A stretch of 64,000 nt of DNA from Cenarchaeum sp. (lineage in GTDB: Archaea; Thermoproteota; Nitrososphaeria; Nitrososphaerales; Nitrosopumilaceae). The stretch lies in assembly GCA_963693095.2 (NCBI GenBank), contig OY843768.1, positions 864,001-928,000 of the forward strand, given 5' to 3'. Shown piece by piece: positions 30,118 through 40,472 of the stretch. The notes below the pieces were generated by a model. It made no database searches. It had not been told where the DNA came from and was given only the letters and a program-made list of their open reading frames with translations. Within the stretch, counting starts at the first letter, position 1. Each line of letters begins with the position of its first letter. Made by a program: the position numbers and the translations under genes.

Positions 30118-30384
30118 TGAAATAGTCTATTTAGGAATAACCTGTAAGAGAGTAGACAACATGCCCATGACTTAGATCACGTGCACATGTGCAACACGAA
30201 CAAGCATTGGCAATATCGCGCCATGAATCATCCTGCAGAATGTCGCAGGTCGATCCTGTGTGTCACATGCGGCTCATATTCTTGACCTCGCGCCAACAAA
30301 CGGTGTGTCGTCCGGCCATATGCCCCTGACGATATCGCGATGCGCGTGCGTGGTATCCACCGCAAAGGCTAAATCTGCGCGGCC

Positions 30385-31662
30385 ATGGCGCGCAGCGCGA
30401 TGGGCCTGCCACGGGGAATGAAGGACATAGAGGCCGACGAGATGGCCGGAATCGAGTCGGTTCGCGCAGCCTTTATCAAGACATGCGACCTCTTTGGGTA
30501 CACGCTAGTCGAGCCCTCCACGATAGAGTCACTAGAGACACTCGAGGCAAAGAGCGGGCCGGCCATACGCGACGATGTGTACCACTTTGAGGACAAGGGC
30601 GAGCGCGCCGTTGCGCTCCGCTTTGACATGACAGTCGGCATGACGCGCAACGTGGCAGCACAGAGATCCATGCGCCTGCCTGCGCGAAGGGCCGCCTTTG
30701 GCGGCGTGTGGAGGTATGATGAGCCGCAGCGCGGCCGCTACCGCTACTTTCACCAGTGGGATATCGAGGTCTATGGGGCGCACGGCGCCGAGGCCGACGC
30801 CGAGGTCGCCGAGTTTACGGTTCGCATGCTAGAGGCGCTAGGCATCCAGGGCGCAACGGTGCAGGTGAGCCACCGCAAGATAGCCGAGTCGCACATACGG
30901 CACGTCACAGGCGGCGCAGGATCCCTCGCAGACATGCTTCGGGCCGTGGACAAGACGCAAAAGAGGGCAGAGGCTGACATCATATCCGAGTACGAGGCCC
31001 GCGGCCACACACGCGCGGCCCTAGAGGGCGTCATGCGCCTGGCCCACGCGCGAGGCAGCCTCGAGGAGGCCAAAGAGTCACTCGGCGCCAGTGAGACCGA
31101 GGGCTGGAACGAGCTGCGCGCCGTCATGGACTCGCTTGCGCGCCGTGGCGTGGCAAACGCGACTGTCAACCTTGGCATCGTGCGCGGGCTAGACTATTAC
31201 TCTGGAACCGTCTTTGAGGCATTCGGGCCAGACGGTGGCATTGGCGCACTCGCCGGCGGCGGGCGCTATGACTCACTCTCCGAGGCGCTCGGCGGCCCTC
31301 CCATGGCAGCAGCGGGCGCTGCCGGCGGGGTTGAGAGAACCATCCTCGCAATGAGCCCGCAGGATTCTGCGCCCAGGCCGCATGTTGCCATAGTTCACGT
31401 GGGTGACGGCATGGACGCCGAGGCCGCAGCACTCGCCGCGCGCATTAGGCAACGCGGCATCCCCGCATCGGCGAACCCCGATCCTCGCGCGCTAAAGAGG
31501 CAGATTGCCGCTGCCGAACAGGATGGCGCGCGCGCAGTAGTCATTGTCGCGCCGCGTGAGTGGGCAGCCGGAAATGTCGTCGTGCGCGACATGCGCGCGC
31601 GCACCGAGTCGACAGTTCGTGCAGATGACGTTCACGATGCGCTGAGTGCGGCGCTCAGTTGA
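30385..31662 (+). CDS. hisS: Histidyl-tRNA synthetase
   Basis: PRGMKD, LRFDMT, WRYDEPQRGRYRYFHQ, IVRGLDYYSG, GGGRYD. Confidence 0.96.
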   Translation: MARSAMGLPRGMKDIEADEMAGIESVRAAFIKTCDLFGYTLVEPSTIESLETLEAKSGPAIRDDVYHFEDKGERAVALRFDMTVGMTRNVAAQRSMRLPARRAAFGGVWRYDEPQRGRYRYFHQWDIEVYGAHGAEADAEVAEFTVRMLEALGIQGATVQVSHRKIAESHIRHVTGGAGSLADMLRAVDKTQKRAEADIISEYEARGHTRAALEGVMRLAHARGSLEEAKESLGASETEGWNELRAVMDSLARRGVANATVNLGIVRGLDYYSGTVFEAFGPDGGIGALAGGGRYDSLSEALGGPPMAAAGAAGGVERTILAMSPQDSAPRPHVAIVHVGDGMDAEAAALAARIRQRGIPASANPDPRALKRQIAAAEQDGARAVVIVAPREWAAGNVVVRDMRARTESTVRADDVHDALSAALS

Positions 31663-32320
31663 GAAACGCGCGCGTGAGCATCATTATCTCCGGGCCGCTA
31701 GTGTACGTGCCGGCCATGACGGCCTTGTTGTTCACAAGGAGTCCCGAGGAGACATACGGCACGCCGCCGTTTATCGTCGCAAGCTCTATCCTCACCTTTA
31801 GTATCCCGGACACAAGCGAGACCTCCTCGTCGCGCGCCTCCGGGTGTATCACTCCCCCTGTCGAGTTGGCCGCCACCATGGCGCCGGCCTGGTGGAATCC
31901 CGCTATGCGCGTCTGAACCGCCTCGACGCCAAGCGCATCGCCCACTGCCGCCGCATCTGCGCGCGGCATTTCTGGCGAGACGACAGCACCGTGCTCATTG
32001 GCGCACACGAGGTTGCCCAGGGCGGTGTATCGCGACTCTAGCAGGATGACCTCCATGCCCGTGGCCGACTCGAGGTGCTCGACCTCTGGGGCCATGGCCG
32101 TGGCCGGCAGGAGGAGCGTCTTGCCTGTGGCGACCATCATGGTCCCCAGGACGCGCGTTCCGGCGACCGAGGAGAGGATCGCCTCCACGCCCAGCTTGCC
32201 TGATATGCGCTCAGTCTTTGCGGGCGAGAAGCCCCTGGGGAGAAAGACGTACTCGTCGCACGCCGCAGCGTATATCCCGATATTGGGCCCCCTGTATATG
32301 TCATGCTTGAATATGTCCAT
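31655..32320 (-). CDS. eif6: Translation initiation factor aIF-6
   Basis: PNIGIY, TALGNLV.ANEHGA, ATINGG.PYVSSG. Confidence 0.93.
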   Translation of the reverse strand: MDIFKHDIYRGPNIGIYAAACDEYVFLPRGFSPAKTERISGKLGVEAILSSVAGTRVLGTMMVATGKTLLLPATAMAPEVEHLESATGMEVILLESRYTALGNLVCANEHGAVVSPEMPRADAAAVGDALGVEAVQTRIAGFHQAGAMVAANSTGGVIHPEARDEEVSLVSGILKVRIELATINGGVPYVSSGLLVNNKAVMAGTYTSGPEIMMLTRAFLN

Positions 32321-32465
32321 CGGATCGCAGCACGACCCACGCTCCACCAAAGCGATATTAACGTAGGCACGCGCCCCAAAAACAGCGTTATAATTGGCCG
32401 TCCAGGGCCGTTAGTTGTCACTAAATTTGTCTAGATTTAAATAATCATTGGCGGGCGTGCCTGAC

Positions 32466-32999
32466 ATGCCAATCGCGGAGAACTTTCCGGAGGGTCTAAA
32501 GCCACTCGGAAAGATCATGCACTCTGACGGGGAGAACTTCCACTTCATGTGGGGGCCCGGCAGGGACGACGCGGAGGCGTTCTCAAACGACGAGGTAAAG
32601 GCCGCATACAAGGCACGCGGCGAAAAGCAGGTTCCGCTCGGGGTGAGTGGCACGATGGTCGCAGTTGACTGGGACTCGTGCGTCGCCGACGGCGCCTGCA
32701 TCGAGGCGTGCCCAGTGCAGGTCTTCCAGTGGTACAGAACCGAAAAGGACATCGCCGCCGACAAGGTTGTCGGTGAGACCTTTGAGGGGACAGGAAACTC
32801 CGAAAAGGAGGAACGCAAGGACTACACCGACAAGGCGGATCCCGTAAGGGAGCACGACTGCATCTGGTGCATGGCCTGCGTGTCTGTCTGCCCCCCAGAG
32901 GCCATAAAGGTGGACCAGTCCAACATGGAACACCACGAAAAGGCAGCGGGCACATACACAAAGCTCGAGGCCGGCGAGAACCCTCACGCTCACGACTAG
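32466..32999 (+). CDS. Zn-containing-type ferredoxin (3Fe-4S/4Fe-4S)
   Basis: H..WGP, CVADGACIEACP and CIWCMACVSVCP. Confidence 0.9.
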   Translation: MPIAENFPEGLKPLGKIMHSDGENFHFMWGPGRDDAEAFSNDEVKAAYKARGEKQVPLGVSGTMVAVDWDSCVADGACIEACPVQVFQWYRTEKDIAADKVVGETFEGTGNSEKEERKDYTDKADPVREHDCIWCMACVSVCPPEAIKVDQSNMEHHEKAAGTYTKLEAGENPHAHD

Positions 33000-33086
33000 C
33001 CGTCCATATCTGGCCGGTGCATATTTTGGATTCACCCTCAAGGCCCATGCCAACAAATTTTATGTGAGTGGTTTTGCGTGGCCTGC

Positions 33087-33170
33087 GCAGAGGTCGCCTA
33101 GCCCGGTAGGGCGCGGGCCTTGAGAGCCTGTGTGCTTTGGCATGCGGGGGTTCAAATCCCCCTCTCTGCG
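33087..33170 (+). tRNA. tRNA-Ser(TGA)
   Basis: Acceptor GCAGAGG/TCTCTGC, anticodon arm CGGGC-CTTGAGA-GCCTG, long variable arm, T-arm GGGGG-TTCAAAT-CCCCC. Confidence 0.93.
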
Positions 33171-33171
33171 C

Positions 33172-34134
33172 TCACTTTTTGGCCGCAAGCGCGCCTAGCT
33201 CGTAGAGCATGGCTGAGAGCTGTATCTCGGGGCTTGCGCCAACGAGGATGCGATAGTCGTACTCGGAGATCGTGCGCACGAGGCTCTCGGCCCCCTCAGG
33301 CGACGCGCGGTTTATCGCCGCATTGATCCCGCGCAGTATGTCGGCTCCAGACATGCCATACACGCGCAGCAGCTCGATGACGCGCTCACGCGCCTTTTGG
33401 ACCTTGCCGGAGAGCGCAAGCTTTAGGACATCGTCTAGCTGTGTCGCCTTTGCGATTCCGGCTGCTGACTCGGCGTTGGCCACGGTAATTCCGCCGCCAA
33501 GCGATGCGGCAACCTGCATCGTGTTTATCGCATGGCGCAAGTCGCCGCCCGAGCTCTCGTACACTGCCGCTATTCCGGCCTCGTCAAGCTTTGCGCCCTC
33601 CTTTTTTGCTATCTGCTTGAGGCGCTCCACGATCGCCTTTTCTGGAACTGCCGTAAACCTAAAGACCGCACAGCGGCTCTGGATGGGCTCGATTATCCTC
33701 GAGAGGTTGTTGGCTATGATGATAAACCTGCAGTGCTTTGCCGTGTCCTCTATAATCCGGCGCAGCGCAGTCTGCGCATCAGAGGTCATCTCGTCGGCCT
33801 CGTCAAGTATGATGACCTTGAACGGTATGTCGCCCATGCCGGCATACCTAGAGAACGTCTTTACCCTCTCGCGAACCATCGCAATCCCGCGATCGTCTGA
33901 CGCGTTGAGCTCAAGCGTGTGGTCACGCCACGAGTCGCCAAGGATGTTGCGGCACACGCACATGGCCGCAGTCGTCTTGCCGGTTCCCGGCGAGCCGGCA
34001 AGGAGCAGGTGTGGCATCTCGGCGGGCTTTTTTGCGAGTGCGGCGAGGCTGCCGACAGTGTCCTCCTGGCCCACAATATCCCCAAGATCCTGCGGGCGGT
34101 GCTTTTCTACCCACATTACGCCATGGACGGCCAT
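33172..34134 (-). CDS. rfcS: Replication factor C small subunit
   Basis: WVEKHRP, GSPGTGKTT, LELNASD, ILDEAD, IQSRC. Confidence 0.97.
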   Translation of the reverse strand: MAVHGVMWVEKHRPQDLGDIVGQEDTVGSLAALAKKPAEMPHLLLAGSPGTGKTTAAMCVCRNILGDSWRDHTLELNASDDRGIAMVRERVKTFSRYAGMGDIPFKVIILDEADEMTSDAQTALRRIIEDTAKHCRFIIIANNLSRIIEPIQSRCAVFRFTAVPEKAIVERLKQIAKKEGAKLDEAGIAAVYESSGGDLRHAINTMQVAASLGGGITVANAESAAGIAKATQLDDVLKLALSGKVQKARERVIELLRVYGMSGADILRGINAAINRASPEGAESLVRTISEYDYRILVGASPEIQLSAMLYELGALAAKK

Positions 34135-34231
34135 CAGGAGGCGCACGACTCGCCGACTATTTATAAACTAGTGCTGACCTGACAAGTTGCATGACGCGCG
34201 GGCGGAATTGCGCAGGCGGAGCCGTGTCCTG

Positions 34232-34759
34232 ATGGTCAAGTCAACAGAGATATCAGCAGCCCAGGAGGTCGGCAAGGCGGGGTTTGACCTAGAGGACGTA
34301 AAGGTGACGTTCACCAAGGACATTGTGACGTCTGTCTCGGGGACTGACATATCCGGCAAGGAGGGAGACGTGCTAAACCTGCCACGCTGGATCGCGCGTG
34401 TGCTAGAGGATGACGGGCACGTGAGGATCGACGAGTCAAGCACGGAGCCGGAGCTAAAGCAGGCCATATCAAAGGAGAATGCGCAGGACGACTATCAGCT
34501 CGCCAGGCTAGATGACCACTTTTACATACGCGTAAATGCCCACATGGAGCGCATACCGCAGCAAAAGCGCGACGAGATGAACAGCATACTCAACTCGCTT
34601 GTGCGCAGCAGGGTCGCAAAGATAACGCGCCTCGTCATATCATCAAAGCTCAGCGCGACCAACTCTGAAAAGCTCACGATCGAGGAGCGTGGGCTCTATG
34701 AGCAGATGCGCAATGCGCACGACGAGTTCGTCGAGCGCGCCACGGGGGGAACGGCGTGA
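34232..34759 (+). CDS. GINS complex subunit (Gins23/Psf2-like)
   Basis: LPRWIA, L..FY, LTIEERGLY; directly upstream of mcm. Confidence 0.85.
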   Translation: MVKSTEISAAQEVGKAGFDLEDVKVTFTKDIVTSVSGTDISGKEGDVLNLPRWIARVLEDDGHVRIDESSTEPELKQAISKENAQDDYQLARLDDHFYIRVNAHMERIPQQKRDEMNSILNSLVRSRVAKITRLVISSKLSATNSEKLTIEERGLYEQMRNAHDEFVERATGGTA

Positions 34760-36861
34760 GCGAGCAGGTCACCTCCGAGAAGAGCAGCGCGCCGACGGTT
34801 TCGGCCATGTCTGACATGGCGCGCGACCTCATGCTCACGCACCGCGACCGCGACGGCACGCTCTCGTACGTGAAACAGATAGACGAGATGCCGTCAAAAA
34901 ACTCCACATATGCGGTAATTGACTATAATGACCTGGTGACCGAGGACTCGCAGATGACGCGCGTGTTCACCGACAGTGCCGACATGGCACTCGACGCGTT
35001 TGCCGCCGCAATAACCGAGATACTAGGCATAAAGTTTCCCGACTATGCCAAAAGGCACGAGCGCGACATACGCGCGCGAATAGTCAACTATCCGATGCAC
35101 CGCAGCCTCCGCAAGATCAACTCGGAGGTGATCGGCAAGATGACAAGCGTGTCCGGAATGGTCGTGAGGTCATCTGAGGTAAAGCCGCACGCGCATGAGG
35201 TGACCTATGTCTGCCCCGAGGGCCACCCAAACAAGGTCGTCCTCCTCAAGGGCATGAGCATCTCGCCGCCGCCAAAGTGCACGTTCCCAAAGTGCGACCA
35301 CCGCGACCTCGAGGTCGACGAGGGCCAGAGCAGGTTTGTCGACTTTCAGATGATGCGCCTTCAGGACCTCCCCGAGGACATACCGCCCGGCGGCATGCCC
35401 GAGTACATTGACGTGAACGTAAAGCAGGACCTAGTCGACAATGCGCGCCCCGGCGACCGCATAGTGCTGACGGGCATTGTGCGCATAGAGCAGGAGCGCG
35501 TGACGGGCATCCCGCAGGGCAAGAGCGGCCTCTATAGGTTTCTCATGGACGGCAACAGCGTCGAGTTTCTCGGCGGGCGCGGCTCCAAGGTCTCGCGCAC
35601 GACAGAGCGCGAGGCAGTCTCGCCTGAGGAGGAGCGCGAGATACAGCTCCTTGCGCGCGCGCCAGACACGTACGAGCGCCTCATACAGTCGTTTGCGCCG
35701 CACATCATGGGCCACGAGATAATAAAAGAGTCCATACTCCTCCTCATAGTCGGCGCGCTTGAGAGGCGCCTGCCTGATGGCGGCAAGATTCGCGGGGACA
35801 TCAACGTGTTCCTTGTGGGCGACCCCGGCACGGCAAAGAGCGCAATGCTAAAGTTCTGCTCGCGGATCGCCCCGAGGGGCCTCTACACCTCAGGGAGGGG
35901 ATCGACTGCAGCGGGCCTGACAGCGGCAGTCATACGCGACAACCGCAGCGGCATGATGATGCTAGAGGCCGGCGCAGTAGTCCTCGGTGACCAGGGCCTA
36001 GTCTGCATTGACGAGTTTGACAAGATGAAGCCCGAGGACAGCAGCGCGCTCCACGAGGTCATGGAGCAGCAGTCAGTCAGCGTGGCCAAGGGCGGCATCG
36101 TAGCAACGCTAAACGCAAGGTCGTCCATACTTGCTGCGGCAAACCCAATGTACGGCAAGTACGACCCATACAAGAACCTCACCGAGAACGTAAACCTGCC
36201 AATTCCGCTGCTCACTAGGTTTGACCTCATATTTGCCGTGCGCGACACGCCCTCCAAGGAGCGGGACATGAACATCGCGCGCCACATCATAAAACTGCAC
36301 ACGACGAGCGGAATGCCGGCGAGATCGCTCATAGACCCCGACACGCTCACAAAGTACCTCGCATACGCAAAGCACGGCGATCCGCAGCTGACCACAGAGG
36401 CCGAGAACAAGCTCATCGACTATTATATGAAAATGAGAAATGTGGACTCAGAAGACATGATAACGGTCACTCCCAGGCAGCTCGAGGGCCTAGTCCGCCT
36501 CGCGATGGCGCGCGCGCGCCTCCTAATGAAGACGCGCGTCGAGGAGGAGGACGCCGAGCGCGCAATATACCTGGTCCAGACCATGCTCCAGGACGTCGGC
36601 GTCGATGTCAACACGGGCGAAGTCGACATGGGCGTCATACACGGCAAGCCGCGCAGCGAGATGGGCAAGCTCCAGATATTCATGGACATACTAAAGTCAC
36701 TAGAGGGCTCGCCAAAGGAGCCAGTCGAGGAGAAGGCACTAGTTGACGAGCTCATAAAGTCCACAAAGTTCGACGAGGATGAGGCCCGCAAGTACGTCTC
36801 AAAGCTGCAGCGCGACGGCGTCATCTACGAGTCGCGCTCGGGCCACTATAACAGGACATGA
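34756..36861 (+). CDS. mcm: MCM replicative helicase
   Basis: GDPGTAKS, AAGLTAAV, LEAGA, CIDEFDKM, AAANP, LLTRFDL, TPRQLE. Confidence 0.98.
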   Translation: MSEQVTSEKSSAPTVSAMSDMARDLMLTHRDRDGTLSYVKQIDEMPSKNSTYAVIDYNDLVTEDSQMTRVFTDSADMALDAFAAAITEILGIKFPDYAKRHERDIRARIVNYPMHRSLRKINSEVIGKMTSVSGMVVRSSEVKPHAHEVTYVCPEGHPNKVVLLKGMSISPPPKCTFPKCDHRDLEVDEGQSRFVDFQMMRLQDLPEDIPPGGMPEYIDVNVKQDLVDNARPGDRIVLTGIVRIEQERVTGIPQGKSGLYRFLMDGNSVEFLGGRGSKVSRTTEREAVSPEEEREIQLLARAPDTYERLIQSFAPHIMGHEIIKESILLLIVGALERRLPDGGKIRGDINVFLVGDPGTAKSAMLKFCSRIAPRGLYTSGRGSTAAGLTAAVIRDNRSGMMMLEAGAVVLGDQGLVCIDEFDKMKPEDSSALHEVMEQQSVSVAKGGIVATLNARSSILAAANPMYGKYDPYKNLTENVNLPIPLLTRFDLIFAVRDTPSKERDMNIARHIIKLHTTSGMPARSLIDPDTLTKYLAYAKHGDPQLTTEAENKLIDYYMKMRNVDSEDMITVTPRQLEGLVRLAMARARLLMKTRVEEEDAERAIYLVQTMLQDVGVDVNTGEVDMGVIHGKPRSEMGKLQIFMDILKSLEGSPKEPVEEKALVDELIKSTKFDEDEARKYVSKLQRDGVIYESRSGHYNRT

Positions 36862-39008
36862 GGACGACGGGGCTCGGACTGCCCGAGGATGCACGCAAGT
36901 TCCTGACTGACCAGGGTTTCACAGAGCTATATCCGCCGCAGGCTGACAGCGTGCGCGCCGGACTCCTCGACGGCAAGAGCGTCCTAGTCTCGGCGCCGAC
37001 GGCTAGCGGCAAGACGCTCATTGCGCTAATGGGCATACTCGCATGCATTGCTCGCGGGGCAGGCAAGGCGATATACCTCAGTCCGCTGCGCGCACTCGCC
37101 TCTGAAAAGCACAAGGAGTTCAAGATGCTCGAGGAGACCACAGTCGGCGGCGTCACGCCAAGGGTGGCCGTCTCCACAGGTGACTATGACGCAAGCGATG
37201 CGGCACTGGGGCGGGCCGACGTCATAGTCCTGACGAATGAGCGCATGGACTCGCTCATGCGGCACAAGCCGGCATGGATGGAGAATGTCGGCCTTGTCAT
37301 ATCGGACGAGATACACCTGATCGGCGATGCCGACCGCGGGCCGGCCCTCGAGATGGCCATATCGCACGCAATGTCCTCAAGGGAGCCCCCACAGGTGCTG
37401 GGCCTTAGCGCGACTGTCTCAAATGCCGACGTTCTTGCAGAGTGGCTAGGCGCGGAGCTCGTGAGGAGCACGTGGAGACCCGTGCCGCTGCGCGAGGGCG
37501 TCTATGACGGCGGGACCGTTCGCATGTTCGACGGCAAGTCCCACGACATTGAGGGCACCGTGCGCGGGCCGGCAGTCGACCTTGGCATAGAGGCCGTGGC
37601 CGACGGCGGGCAGTCCCTGGTCTTTGCCACCACAAGGCCCCGATCCGTCTCAATGGCGACAAAGGCCGCCACTGCCGTCGTTCAGATGATACCCAGAAAG
37701 AGCAAGGCGCGCCTTGATGCCGCAGCAGGCCGCATAACGGCCGAGAACGAGCGCACCGAGACGGTAAAGGCCCTAGCCGCACTAGTAAAGCAGGGAGTCG
37801 CCTTCCACCACGCCGGCCTCAACCAGGGGTGTCGCGACATAGTCGAGGAGGAGTTTCGGGCCGGCTCAATACGCCTTGTTGCCACGACGCCAACGCTGGC
37901 CGCCGGAGTCAACCTGCCGGCGCGGCGCGTCGTCGTCTCGTCAGTCATGAGGTTTGACGGCCGGCGCGGCGGCATGTCCCCAATAAGCGTCCTAGAGTAC
38001 AAGCAGATGTCCGGCAGGGCCGGAAGGCCACAGTATGACGACCACGGCGAGTCGATAATTGTCGCCGGCCGCATGGGGGCCGACATGGCCGAGGAGTATA
38101 TCGGGGCAGAGCCCGAGCCAGTAGAGTCACGCATGACAGACGCGCGCGCGATGCGCATACACACGCTGGGTCTCCTTGTCATACGCTCGGCGCAGACCAG
38201 GGAGATGATTACGGAATTTTTCATGAAGACGCTTGCCGGAAAGCAGCTCGACGAGGACAGCATTGGGCGCGAGGTCGGCAGTGCGCTGCGCTCCCTGGCA
38301 AAGAGCAAGATGGTGATCTCAAAGGGCAAGGGCAAAAATGTCAGGCACATTGCGAGCAGCCTGGGCGAGCTCGTCTCGAGGCTGTACCTGGATCCCAGCA
38401 CGGCCACAGAGTTCCTCGAGCTCCTCGACATGGCATCAACAAGGCGCGACCACACGCTCGGGCTGGTTCACGCAATAGTCGACTGTGGCGAGTTTTACCC
38501 AAAGTTTGCCCCGCGCGAGCGTGACCGCGAGGCCGCCGAGGAGCTCCTCGATGCGCACTCGGAAGAGCTCGTGTGGGTGGTCAGCCCTGATGAGATCTCA
38601 AAGTCGACGCTTGCGCTCCACGCGTGGGTCAGCGAAGAGTCCGAGGCGTCCATCGCCGCGGCCCACGGCGTAGAGTCCGGGGACATGCACCGCATGAGGG
38701 AGAGGGCCGCGTGGATTGCGCACTGCCTCTCGAGGATTGCAATGCACGAGAGGCGCATGGCCATAGCCAAGGAGGCCGAGAGCCTGGAACGGCGGATATC
38801 GTACGGCATACGCTCCGAGCTTCTAGACCTTGCACGGCTAAGGGAGGTCGGCAGGGTGCGCGCACGAGACCTGTACAGGGCAGGATACACCGACAGGAAG
38901 GCGCTGCGTGGCGCCGACGTCAAAAAGATCGCAAAGATAAGCAACATGGGCAAAAAGGTCGCCGAGCGCATATTGGCGCAGGTGGACAGGGGGACAGGCC
39001 GGAGTTGA
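36858..39008 (+). CDS. hel308: Hel308 (Ski2-like) DNA helicase
   Basis: PTASGKT, DEIH, LSAT, FHHAGL, TPTLAAGVNLPA, QMSGRAGRP. Confidence 0.95.
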   Translation: MRTTGLGLPEDARKFLTDQGFTELYPPQADSVRAGLLDGKSVLVSAPTASGKTLIALMGILACIARGAGKAIYLSPLRALASEKHKEFKMLEETTVGGVTPRVAVSTGDYDASDAALGRADVIVLTNERMDSLMRHKPAWMENVGLVISDEIHLIGDADRGPALEMAISHAMSSREPPQVLGLSATVSNADVLAEWLGAELVRSTWRPVPLREGVYDGGTVRMFDGKSHDIEGTVRGPAVDLGIEAVADGGQSLVFATTRPRSVSMATKAATAVVQMIPRKSKARLDAAAGRITAENERTETVKALAALVKQGVAFHHAGLNQGCRDIVEEEFRAGSIRLVATTPTLAAGVNLPARRVVVSSVMRFDGRRGGMSPISVLEYKQMSGRAGRPQYDDHGESIIVAGRMGADMAEEYIGAEPEPVESRMTDARAMRIHTLGLLVIRSAQTREMITEFFMKTLAGKQLDEDSIGREVGSALRSLAKSKMVISKGKGKNVRHIASSLGELVSRLYLDPSTATEFLELLDMASTRRDHTLGLVHAIVDCGEFYPKFAPRERDREAAEELLDAHSEELVWVVSPDEISKSTLALHAWVSEESEASIAAAHGVESGDMHRMRERAAWIAHCLSRIAMHERRMAIAKEAESLERRISYGIRSELLDLARLREVGRVRARDLYRAGYTDRKALRGADVKKIAKISNMGKKVAERILAQVDRGTGRS

Positions 39009-40000
39009 TAGAGTATGCGCTCGCCGCGCTCCTCGCAGCCGGAGTCGCCGCCGGAGTCACGCTGGTCGCAATGCCGCCGCTCATCGCCGCACTGCGCGCC
39101 CGCGGCATGGTCGTGCCCGATGCGCACAAGGTAGCCGGAACCATGGTCGCGCGTCCGGCCGGACCGGCAATCCTTGGGGGCTTTGTCGCCGGCGAGCTCG
39201 TCCTCTATGCGATATATCCGGCCGATGCGCTAGTCGCCGCAATCCTGGCGACTGCGGCGGCCTTTTGCGTTGGCCTAGTAGATGACATGCGCACTATGGG
39301 CGGATGGTTCAAGCCCGTTGCCCTCGTTGCAGCAGCGCTCCCCATACTCCTCATCGGCGCATATGACACCGACCTGGCGTTTCCGCTCTTTGGCGAGGTC
39401 CACATACCCGTCCTCTATATCGGCGTCGTCGTCGCGATGATGGTCATAATGGGAAACACGCTAAACTCCATAGACGTCTTCAACGGCGTGGCTAGCGGCG
39501 TCATGATCATTGCCGGCGTTGCCCTCGGCGTCTCGCTGTGCATCATGGGCCGCCACGAGGCTGCTGCGGCGTGCGCTCCCATAGTCGGCATGTCAGTGGC
39601 CCTCTGGCGCCACCACAGAAACCCGAGCCGCGTGTTTCCCGGAGATTCAGGCGCCCTGGCACTCGGATGCATGTACGGCGCAGTCGCCATATACGGGGGT
39701 GCCGAGGTCATCGCGGCCATAATACTGCTGCCCGCAATCACAAACTCGTTTCTCTTTCTGTCTAGCATGAGGCGCATAGTCGAGCACAGGGACGTCGCGA
39801 GGCCGACGAGGGTCCTCGATGACCTCAGGCTAGAGGCAACTGATGACGCTCGCGCGCCAGTCACGCTAGTAAGGCTCCTCCTCATGGGCGGGCCCATGAG
39901 CGAGGCGGCGATCACGCGCTCCATACTCCGGCTCGCGGCGTTCTCGGCGTGCCTTGGCGTGGCGACAGCGGCAGTCTCGCAGGCGGTGCTGCCGGCATGA
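39005..40000 (+). CDS. MraY/GPT-family UDP-GlcNAc-1-phosphate transferase (AglH-like)
   Basis: GLVDD, NTLNSIDVFNG, FPGDSG; TTG start overlapping the hel308 stop. Confidence 0.88.
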   Translation: MIEYALAALLAAGVAAGVTLVAMPPLIAALRARGMVVPDAHKVAGTMVARPAGPAILGGFVAGELVLYAIYPADALVAAILATAAAFCVGLVDDMRTMGGWFKPVALVAAALPILLIGAYDTDLAFPLFGEVHIPVLYIGVVVAMMVIMGNTLNSIDVFNGVASGVMIIAGVALGVSLCIMGRHEAAAACAPIVGMSVALWRHHRNPSRVFPGDSGALALGCMYGAVAIYGGAEVIAAIILLPAITNSFLFLSSMRRIVEHRDVARPTRVLDDLRLEATDDARAPVTLVRLLLMGGPMSEAAITRSILRLAAFSACLGVATAAVSQAVLPA

Positions 40001-40221
40001 GGCACGCGCGCGTGTATGCGCTAGTCATCGGCATGTGGGCGCTCATGCTCGCCGGCGGCGGCATTGCAGTCAACGTTCTTGGGCCCATCCACGCCGACGG
40101 CAATGGGGGAGGGGTCGGCGTCTCGGCCGCAAAGGCCGCAGTCGCAGTCCTCCTCGTCATCGCGTGGGTCTATGTCCTCTCGAGGGTAAAGTCGCTCATA
40201 TTTGCGCGGCGTTCGGCCTAG
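39997..40221 (+). CDS. Small 2-TM membrane protein
   Basis: ATGA overlap with the upstream gene; two hydrophobic helices. Confidence 0.6.
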   Translation: MRHARVYALVIGMWALMLAGGGIAVNVLGPIHADGNGGGVGVSAAKAAVAVLLVIAWVYVLSRVKSLIFARRSA

Positions 40222-40472
40222 GGCCCCACGTGTATCTTTGATGGCAGCGAGTCGCGGTTTCTGCGCACAAAGGCGACGTCTGTGGGAACGTCGCGCAGCG
40301 TGTCCGGAAGCATCACCGGTATGCCCTCGAGTATCGGGTAAAACCTCGAGCACTCTGTGCAGTACAGCGCGCCCTCGTCGACCTCGTCTCCGGACTCGGA
40401 GCACACGTGGAGCTCGAGTGGCGCATGGTGGTCATCCGGACATGCGAGCACGTCGAGCATCTGGCGCCTCAT
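40218..40472 (-). CDS. trm112: Trm112-family methyltransferase activator
   Basis: MLDVLACP, EGALYCTECSRFYPILEGIPVMLP. Confidence 0.92.
   Translation of the reverse strand: MRRQMLDVLACPDDHHAPLELHVCSESGDEVDEGALYCTECSRFYPILEGIPVMLPDTLRDVPTDVAFVRRNRDSLPSKIHVGP

Larger units (their letters stand above)
27033..30120. mobile_element. AT-rich accessory island (putative defence island), no integrase or transposase seen
   Basis: Abrupt drop in GC and a change in codon usage between the VTT gene and hisS. Confidence 0.7.

Noticed and set aside
33087-33170. tRNA-Ser or tRNA-Val as integration sites
   Set aside because: No duplicated tRNA 3' end and no integrase seen; both tRNAs are flanked by core genes.
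38624-39004. Long N-terminal extensions in the track (GPT at 38624, TBP at 53738, Panacea-like at 45249, antiporter at 3525)
   Set aside because: They overlap neighbouring genes or promoters; internal starts fit TATA spacing and family N-termini better.
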